From positions 1 through 51,030 of the forward strand of contig DVND01000019.1 of the NCBI GenBank assembly GCA_018714645.1: a stretch of DNA of 51,030 nucleotides. The letters run 5' to 3'. This DNA comes from Candidatus Avimonoglobus intestinipullorum. Lineage in GTDB: Bacteria > Bacillota > Clostridia > UBA1381. The position numbers and the translations under genes were made by a program. Below are positions 44,075 to 51,030 of this stretch, piece after piece (positions within the stretch are counted from its first letter, which is position 1; every line of letters starts with the position of its first letter). The notes beneath the pieces were generated by a model, which worked only from the letters and a program-made list of their open reading frames with translations, did not search any database and was not told the origin of the DNA.

Positions 44075-45822
44075 ATGACTTGAAGCGTCTATTCCGTTAT
44101 TTAGGCAGTTACCGCAAGGATTTGATATTGGGTGCTTTGTTCATCATTGTAGAAACAGGGTTTGAACTGGTGATTCCCGTCCTGATGGCGGATATTATCG
44201 ACATCGGGGTGGCAAACCGCGATACGGCGTTTATCTGCCTGAAAGGGGCGGAAATGGGCGTTTGCGCGGTTTTGTCGCTGATAACCGGATTGCTGTACGC
44301 CAGATATGCGGCGCGGGCCTCTTACGGCTTCGGGGCGCAGATCCGGGAAGCGCAGTATGAACAGGTACAGAAGTATTCGTTTGCAAACCTGGATCGCTTT
44401 GAAACTTCCTCTCTCGTCACCCGGATGACCACCGACGTCACCGTCCTGCAAAATTCCATCAACGGCGGCTTCCGCCCGATGGTACGCGGCCCGGTGATGC
44501 TGGTGATGGGCATTGGACTGTCCTTCATGATGAACGCGAAACTTTCCCTTGTCTTTTTTGTCAGCACACCGCTCCTTGCAGTCATTTTATACCTGATTGT
44601 GCGGAAGGTTGCGCCCATGTACGGGCGGCTGCAAAAGGCAGTGGACCATCTGAACAACGTCGTGCAGGAAGGCCTGACCGCCATCCGCGCAGTAAAGGCG
44701 TTCGTCCGCGGGGAATATGAAGCGGAAAAATTTGAAAGCGTCAACCAGGAGCTGATGCAGGCCAGCCAGAAAACCTTCCAGTATGCGGTTTTGAATCAGC
44801 CCGCCTTTCAATTGATTATGTATACTGCCGTTGTACTCATCATGTGGTTCGGGGGCAATATGATTTTGCAGCGCAACTTGCAGGTGGGCGCCCTGACCGG
44901 ATTTTTGAGCTATGTGATGCAGGTAATGAATTCCCTGATGATGATTTCCAATGTTTTTTTACTGATGACCCGTTCGCTGGCAAGCGCAAAACGGATCATT
45001 GAAGTGCTGAACGAACGGCCAACCCTTTTCTCCGCCGCAGGGGCGGAGACAGAAATCCCGGACGGGAGCGTCGATTTTGAAAACGTGTCGTTCAAATATA
45101 AGAAAGCGGCACAGGAATTTGCCCTTTCCGGGGTAACTCTGCATATCCCCGCCGGGCAGACAGTCGGTATCTTGGGCGGCACGGGGTCGGCAAAAACCAC
45201 ACTGGTACAGCTCATCCCGCGCCTATATGACGTGTCGGAGGGCAAGGTCTGCGTGGGCGGCAGGGATGTGCGGGACTATGATTTGACCGCCCTGCGCGAT
45301 GCGGTGGGCATCGTCCTGCAAAAAAATGTGCTCTTCTCCGGCACGGTGCGGGAAAATCTGCTTTGGGGCAACCGGGATGCGGACGATGCGGCCATTTGGC
45401 GCGCTTGCCGGGACGCCTGCGCGGATGAATTCCTCAGCAGGATGCCCCAGGGTCTGGAAACGGATTTGGGCCAGGGGGGCGTAAATGTTTCCGGCGGCCA
45501 GAAACAGCGTCTGTGTATTGCGCGGGCGCTGCTTAAACAGCCGAAAATATTGATTATGGATGATTCGACCAGCGCGGTGGATACGGCTACCGAGGCAAAA
45601 ATCCGCAGTTCCCTGGCGAGATTGAAGGACGTAACCAAAATCATCATTGCCCAGCGGGTCACTTCGGTGATGGATACCGACCAGATTATCATTCTGGACG
45701 ACGGTAAAGTCCATGCCTGCGGTACCCACGCGGAACTGCTGAGAAGCAATTCCATTTATCAGGAAATCTACTATTCCCAAATGAAAGGAGACGGAGCAGA
45801 TGGCGCAGAAGCCTGCCGGTAA
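44071..45822 (+). CDS. ABC exporter half-transporter (TMD-NBD), degenerate-site subunit
   Basis: 583 aa. Walker A GGTGSAKTT (Ala replaces the usual Gly), Walker B ILIMDD followed by S (the catalytic Glu is replaced by Asp), and a canonical VSGGQKQR signature. Confidence 0.9.
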   Translation: MNDLKRLFRYLGSYRKDLILGALFIIVETGFELVIPVLMADIIDIGVANRDTAFICLKGAEMGVCAVLSLITGLLYARYAARASYGFGAQIREAQYEQVQKYSFANLDRFETSSLVTRMTTDVTVLQNSINGGFRPMVRGPVMLVMGIGLSFMMNAKLSLVFFVSTPLLAVILYLIVRKVAPMYGRLQKAVDHLNNVVQEGLTAIRAVKAFVRGEYEAEKFESVNQELMQASQKTFQYAVLNQPAFQLIMYTAVVLIMWFGGNMILQRNLQVGALTGFLSYVMQVMNSLMMISNVFLLMTRSLASAKRIIEVLNERPTLFSAAGAETEIPDGSVDFENVSFKYKKAAQEFALSGVTLHIPAGQTVGILGGTGSAKTTLVQLIPRLYDVSEGKVCVGGRDVRDYDLTALRDAVGIVLQKNVLFSGTVRENLLWGNRDADDAAIWRACRDACADEFLSRMPQGLETDLGQGGVNVSGGQKQRLCIARALLKQPKILIMDDSTSAVDTATEAKIRSSLARLKDVTKIIIAQRVTSVMDTDQIIILDDGKVHACGTHAELLRSNSIYQEIYYSQMKGDGADGAEACR

Positions 45823-47641
45823 ACGGCCTCAAAATCTGTGGTTTACGGTGCGTACCTTGTTTTCCTATATGGGACGCCATAAATTTCTGCTTTTGATTGT
45901 GGCGGTGTTGGTGACGGCCAGCGCGCTTGCCAACCTGTTCGGTACCTATATGATCCGCCCGGTGGTCAACCATCTGGCCTCCGGGGATGTAAAGGCGCTG
46001 GTTGCCGGAGTGGCGGCCACCGCCGCCATTTTCGGGCTGGGCGTCCTGTCCGCTTATGGCTATACCCAGACCATGGTCCGGGCAGCGCAAAAGATTTTGT
46101 ATGATATCCGGCGGGACTTGTTTGCGCACATGCAAAAGCTGCCTTTGCGTTTTTTCGACACCCATCGCCATGGGGATGTTATGAGCTATTACACCAACGA
46201 TGTTGACACCATTTCGGATGCGCTCAACAACAGCTTTGCAATGGTGATACAGAGCTTTATTCAAATGATGGGGACCATCGTACTGCTGTTCGTCCTGAAC
46301 TGGCAGCTTTCGCTGATTGTGCTGGTATGCTACATTGCAATGTTTCTGTATATCCAATACAGCGGCAAACGCAGCAAAGCGTATTATAGCCGCCAGCAGG
46401 CTGCACTGGGGGAGCTGGACGGGTACATTGAGGAGATGGTCAACGGCCAGAAGGTGGTCAAGGTCTTTAACCATGAGGCGGAGAACCTGCGGCTGTTCCG
46501 CAAAAAAAACGAAAAACTCCGCCTGGCGGGGACCGGGGCGCAAAGCTATGCCGCCACCATGGTCCCGGCGGTGGTCAGTATCTCCTATATCAACTATGCA
46601 ATTGTTGCGGCGCTGGGCGGCATCATGGCCATGCAGGGCAAAACGGACGTCGGCAGCCTCGCCAGTTATCTGGTTTTTGTCCGGCAGGCTGCTTTGCCCA
46701 TCAACCAATTTACCCAGCAGAGCAATTTCCTGCTTGCCGCTCTCGCCGGGGCGGAGCGGGTTTTTACAGTCGTGCACCGCCCACCGGAGGTTGATGAAGG
46801 GGAAACAGAACTGGTAAATGTCCGGGAGGAAAATGGGACCCTTGCCGCATGCCGGGAATTTACCGGCAGCTGGGCCTGGCAGAACGCACAGGGACAACTG
46901 ATCCCTTTGCGGGGGGACGTCCATTTTCAAAATGTCAGTTTCGGGTATGACAGCAGCCACATGATCCTGCATGACGTCAGTCTTTATGCCAAACCGGGGC
47001 AGAAAATTGCCTTTGTCGGCTCCACCGGGGCGGGTAAAACCACCATTACCAACCTGATCAACCGGTTTTATGATGTACAGCAAGGCAGCATCGTCTACGA
47101 CGGCATCGATGTACGGGAGATCCGCAAGGATTCCCTGCGCCGTTCCTTGGGCATCGTTTTACAGGATACCCATCTGTTTACCGGGACCATTGCGGACAAT
47201 ATCCGGTTCGGCAAGCTGGATGCAAGCGATGAGGAAGTCCTACAGGCCGCAAAAATTGCGAATGCGCATTCTTTTATCCGCCGGCTGCCCGAAGGGTACC
47301 ATACCATGGTGACTGCGGACGGCGCCAATCTGTCGCAGGGGCAGCGGCAGCTGCTGGCGATTGCACGCGCGGCGGTAGCAAATCCCCCCGTTTTGATTTT
47401 GGACGAAGCGACCAGCAGCATCGATACCCGTACCGAAGCGTTGATCGAAAAGGGGATGGACCGTCTGATGGAGGGGCGCACGGTTTTTGTCATTGCACAC
47501 AGGCTTTCCACCGTCCGCAATGCGGACGCTATTATGGTGCTGGAGCACGGGCGCATTATTGAGCGCGGCAGCCATGAGGAACTGCTTGCCCAAAAAGGCG
47601 TATACTATCAGCTGTATCACGGCATGTTCGAATTATCGTAA
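45800..47641 (+). CDS. ABC exporter half-transporter (TMD-NBD), consensus-site subunit
   Basis: 613 aa. Walker A GSTGAGKTT, Walker B VLILDEATS (canonical D-E), and a deviant signature LSQGQRQ. 23-nt overlap with the upstream partner. Confidence 0.9.
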   Translation: MAQKPAGKRPQNLWFTVRTLFSYMGRHKFLLLIVAVLVTASALANLFGTYMIRPVVNHLASGDVKALVAGVAATAAIFGLGVLSAYGYTQTMVRAAQKILYDIRRDLFAHMQKLPLRFFDTHRHGDVMSYYTNDVDTISDALNNSFAMVIQSFIQMMGTIVLLFVLNWQLSLIVLVCYIAMFLYIQYSGKRSKAYYSRQQAALGELDGYIEEMVNGQKVVKVFNHEAENLRLFRKKNEKLRLAGTGAQSYAATMVPAVVSISYINYAIVAALGGIMAMQGKTDVGSLASYLVFVRQAALPINQFTQQSNFLLAALAGAERVFTVVHRPPEVDEGETELVNVREENGTLAACREFTGSWAWQNAQGQLIPLRGDVHFQNVSFGYDSSHMILHDVSLYAKPGQKIAFVGSTGAGKTTITNLINRFYDVQQGSIVYDGIDVREIRKDSLRRSLGIVLQDTHLFTGTIADNIRFGKLDASDEEVLQAAKIANAHSFIRRLPEGYHTMVTADGANLSQGQRQLLAIARAAVANPPVLILDEATSSIDTRTEALIEKGMDRLMEGRTVFVIAHRLSTVRNADAIMVLEHGRIIERGSHEELLAQKGVYYQLYHGMFELS

Positions 47642-47693
47642 TACCCATAAAATCGCCTTGAATCACGATACCCTGTGAGCTGGAGGTTTTTCC

Positions 47694-47730
47694 AAAAAAC
47701 AGTCTGCGGCATACGCCGCAGACTGTTTTT
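47694..47730. terminator. bidirectional intrinsic terminator
   Basis: AAAAAACAGTCTGCGGC-atac-GCCGCAGACTGTTTTT between the convergent ABC exporter and GH3 genes. Confidence 0.85.
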
Positions 47731-47747
47731 ATAATTTCTCTTTTTTA

Positions 47748-49643
47748 TCAAAATTCCACCCGAATCGTTTCACCTGTCCGGATATGTACCCGCTGAAACC
47801 CGCAAAGATTTTTATGGGGAATATATTCAAACCGCAGGATGGTATAATCCGTATCCATACCGCCCCTGTTTATAACCTCTGCCGTTTTTTCATCGATCCA
47901 CCGTTCCTGTATATCTGCATAGGTCAAGCCATGGCCAAACGGATAGACCACGGGACCCTTGAAAAACTTATAGGTCCGGTTTTCCATGGAATAATCCCTA
48001 AAATCCGGAAGGTCGTCCGCAGAGCGGTAAAATGTCACCGGCAGGCGGCCGCTGGGGCTGTATGCTCCAAATAAAATTTCCGCCAGGGCCCGGCCGCCCT
48101 CAGCGCCGGGATAAAAGCACTGCAAAACAGCGTTGCACTGCTGATCCTGTTCCCAAAGATTTACACAACTGCCGCTGACATTTACAAATACCACCGGTTT
48201 ATTGAGTTTCATAATTTCTTTATAAAGGATTTGTTGCGGCAAAGGCAATTCCAAATCTTTTTTATCGCCACTGTAACTGCCGTTATTCACTTCTCCTTCT
48301 TCGCCCTCCAGGCAAGGCTGCAACCCCATACACAGCACAACCACATCTGCATTCCGGGCGGCAATGACTGCTTCCCGCTCCGGATGCTCATCCCATGCGC
48401 CAATAATTTTCCCGGCAACATGGCACCCGTAAGCATAACGCACATTGCCCCCGTTGTATTCCTGAATCCCCCGCAGGATCGTACAATATTCGGACGGCGT
48501 GCCGTTATAATTTGCCAGCAGGACAGATTTATCATCCGCATTCGGCCCAATCACTGCTATCTTACATCCCTTTTTCAAGGGCAGTATCCCGTCATTTTTC
48601 AACAAAACAATGCTTTCCCGCGCCATTTTCCGGTTCAGCTGCTTATGTTCCTCACATTCCACAACATCCAGCGAAATACGGTTATAGGGACAGTCCTCAT
48701 CAAACATCCCCAGCCGAAACCGGGCCGTAAAGAGTTTCTCCACAGCCGCCGTTACCGTTTCCTCATCCAAAAGCCCCATCGCCACGGCAGTTTTCAGCCA
48801 TTTATAAGCGTCCCCGCAGTTGAGCTGACAGCCATTATTCACTGCCAGCGCCGCGCTTTCCGCCGGCGTTTGCGTCAGCTTATGATGCTCGTTAATGTCG
48901 CAAATTGCCCCGCAGTCCGAAACCACATATCCTTCAAACCCAAATTCCTGATACAAAATCTTCTTCAAATACGTGGGGCTGGCGCAGGCCGCCTCGCCGT
49001 TGATCCGGTTATATGCGCCCATGACCGCAGAAGGATGCGCATGTTCGATACAGTAACGGAATGCCCATAAATAGGTTTCATACAGGTCTTTTTCATCCAC
49101 TCTTGCGTCAAATTCATGCCGCTCGCTTTCCGGGCCGCTGTGAACAGCGTAATGCTTTAACGTGGCGTCGACTTTTCTGTACTGTTCATCATACCCTTGC
49201 AACCCCTTTACAAAAGCGGCACCCATATGGCCGGTCAGATATGGATCTTCACCGTAAGTTTCATGGCCCCGCCCCCAGCGCGGGTCCCGGAAAATATTGA
49301 TGTTGGGCGACCACATGGTCAGCCCCTGGTAAATCTGCGTATCTCCAAATTCCCGGTACGCGTTGTATTTTGCCCGGGCCTCTTCAGAAATAGCGCCGGC
49401 AACAGTCTCCAGCAGCGCCGGGTCAAAGCTGGCCGCCATCCCGATTGCCTGCGGGAAAACGGTTGCGCAGCCGGAACGGGCCACGCCGTGCAGGCACTCG
49501 TTCCACCAGTTATAAGCGGGGATCCCCAGCCGCTCAATGGCCGGCGCTTCATACCGCATTTGCGCCAGCTTTTCTGCAAGCGTCATCTTCCCTACCAGTT
49601 CTTTTGCGCGCTGTCTATGTAGTGCCTCATAATCCATATTCAC
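47748..49643 (-). CDS. glycoside hydrolase family 3 (cytoplasmic beta-xylosidase/beta-glucosidase type)
   Basis: 631 aa with no signal peptide. GH3 N-terminal domain ([17 protein letters not shown]), nucleophile region GYVVSDCGA, and a C-terminal fibronectin-like domain. The ATG overlaps the xylA stop (ATGA). Confidence 0.88.
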   Translation of the reverse strand: MNMDYEALHRQRAKELVGKMTLAEKLAQMRYEAPAIERLGIPAYNWWNECLHGVARSGCATVFPQAIGMAASFDPALLETVAGAISEEARAKYNAYREFGDTQIYQGLTMWSPNINIFRDPRWGRGHETYGEDPYLTGHMGAAFVKGLQGYDEQYRKVDATLKHYAVHSGPESERHEFDARVDEKDLYETYLWAFRYCIEHAHPSAVMGAYNRINGEAACASPTYLKKILYQEFGFEGYVVSDCGAICDINEHHKLTQTPAESAALAVNNGCQLNCGDAYKWLKTAVAMGLLDEETVTAAVEKLFTARFRLGMFDEDCPYNRISLDVVECEEHKQLNRKMARESIVLLKNDGILPLKKGCKIAVIGPNADDKSVLLANYNGTPSEYCTILRGIQEYNGGNVRYAYGCHVAGKIIGAWDEHPEREAVIAARNADVVVLCMGLQPCLEGEEGEVNNGSYSGDKKDLELPLPQQILYKEIMKLNKPVVFVNVSGSCVNLWEQDQQCNAVLQCFYPGAEGGRALAEILFGAYSPSGRLPVTFYRSADDLPDFRDYSMENRTYKFFKGPVVYPFGHGLTYADIQERWIDEKTAEVINRGGMDTDYTILRFEYIPHKNLCGFQRVHIRTGETIRVEF

Positions 49644-50962
49644 ACCCCAGCAAACATAATCTCATTAATCACTGCCTCCAGGTATTCCTGCTTTCCGCTG
49701 GCCTGCTCCTGCACATCACCCCTCTCCAGCACATATTGCTCCAGTTCCTCTAAATTAGTGCTGCCTTCCTTGATTTTTGCGCCGATGCCTGCGGAGAAGC
49801 TGGCGTACCGATTCTTGATAAATTCGTCGATGCGGCCATCCCGGATCAGTTTATCCGCCACCTTCAGTCCCAGTGCAAACGCGTCCATGCCGGCAATGTA
49901 AGCCAGGAAAATGTCCTCATCCGTCATGGAGCCCCGGCGCACCTTGGCGTCAAAATTCAGGCCGCCATTGGTAAAGCCCCCGGCCTTGAGCACTTCATAC
50001 ATACAAAGAGCTGTATCGTAAATATTCGTGGGGAATTGGTCTGTATCCCAACCCAGAAGCAGATCGCCCTGATTTGCGTCAATAGAGCCAAACGCGCCGT
50101 TTATACGGGCAACCCGCAGCTCATGCTGGAACGTATGCATCGCCAGCGTAGCATGGTTGGCTTCAATGTTCATTTTAAAATCTTGATCGAGCCCGTATTT
50201 CCGTAAAAATCCCAACACCGTGGATACGTCAAAATCATACTGATGCTTCGTGGGTTCCTTCGGCTTGGGCTCAATATAGAAATCGCCCGTAAAACCGATT
50301 TTCCGCGCATATTCCACCGCCATCCGCATCAGCCGGGCCATGTTGTCCTGTTCGAGCCCCATATCTGTGTTCAACAAGGTTTCGTAGCCTTCCCTGCCGC
50401 CCCAGAACACTTATCCCTGCCCGCCTAATGCAACCGTCGTTTCAATTGCTTTTTTGATCTGTGCCGCAGCATACGCAAACACATCTGCATTGCACGCTGT
50501 TCCTGCCCCATGCACATAACGCGGATGGTTAAAACAATTTGCCGTACCCCATAACAGCTTTTTCCCATATTTCTCCATCAATTCCTGCAGCAGCGGCACA
50601 ATTCTGTCCAGGTTGGCGTTGCATTCCGCCAAAGTATCCCCTTCCGGCGCGATATCGCGGTCATGAAAGCAAAAATACTCCAACTGGAGCTTATCCATCA
50701 GCTCAAACGCCGCATACGCTTTATTCTCATAAATTTCCACAGCTGTTTTTCCGCCAAATGTTTTGTCAATCGTCCCCCGGCCGAACATATCGGTCCCGTC
50801 GCCGCAAAGGGTGTGCCAGTAACTCATTGCAAATTTTAACTGCTCCCGCATGGGCTTGCCCGCTACAATCTGTTCCGGATTGTAATGTTTAAAAGCAAAG
50901 GGCGTTTTAGATACCGGGCCTTCGTATTGGATCTTCGGTACAGTTTTAAAATATTCGTTCAT
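49640..50962 (-). pseudogene. xylA: xylose isomerase interrupted by a single in-frame TAA
   Basis: Two ORFs in the same frame (50411-50968 and 49640-50410) together give a full-length class II XylA of about 440 codons ([46 protein letters not shown]). The only defect is TAA at 50411-50413, at the position of the conserved Tyr in ...[12 protein letters not shown]. The ATG at 50962 (MNEYFK...) has GGGAG 7 nt upstream. Confidence 0.85.
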
Positions 50963-51030
50963 ATGCAAACTCCCGCCTTTTATATTTTTGTTTTATTTTA
51001 CTATATTGGACTTGAAAAATCTATCTTTTT

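Noticed and set aside
50411-50413. The TAA inside xylA as evidence of stop-codon reassignment or programmed read-through.
   Set aside because: TAA is used as an ordinary terminator by clearly complete genes in the same window, for example gyrB at 27858-27860 and htpG at 10257-10259. No read-through context or structure is apparent. A point mutation or a sequencing error is the simpler explanation.

Overview
The window reads as a Gram-positive (Firmicutes/Clostridia-type) chromosomal segment, roughly 55-60 % G+C by eye. This is an inference from T-box, CIRCE and Rex-type control elements, AGGAGG ribosome-binding sites, TTGACA-17-TATAAT promoters and gene content. I call about 42 protein-coding genes and found no rRNA, tRNA, CRISPR array, transposase or integrase.

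Most of the window is housekeeping:
- adhE
- a T-box-controlled pheS / P-loop NTPase / pheT operon
- birA
- CIRCE-preceded htpG
- a corA-like gene and an AIM24-family gene
- DAHP synthase, argS and a GNAT gene
- mglBAC
- recJ-relA fused to an S4(yaaA)-recF-remB-gyrB block
- a long minus-strand operon: TatD-associated radical SAM, tatD, CPBP protease, 5-formyl-THF cyclo-ligase, DJ-1/PfpI, Eis-like GNAT, tyrA
- a MarR-controlled heterodimeric ABC exporter
- a GH3 glycosidase
- a xylose isomerase gene interrupted by one in-frame TAA

The accessory-looking part is about 33.5-43.6 kb:
1. A three-gene secreted operon. It encodes a protein with a duplicated dockerin-like C-terminus, a compositionally mosaic cohesin-like/Big_2 protein, and a leaderless 53-aa acidic peptide that I could not match to any family.
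2. An 827-aa secreted protein with a large domain I do not recognise, Asp-box repeats and two stalk domains.
3. A divergent ABC ATPase plus a 523-aa polytopic membrane protein.
4. A translationally coupled pair of a fused double-DUF1538 membrane protein and a tandem P-II-like protein, behind a roughly 190-nt leader inside a roughly 500-bp non-coding gap.

Items 1 and 4 are my best candidates for an undescribed system. All functional assignments come from reading the translated ORFs and from motif memory. No database search was run.
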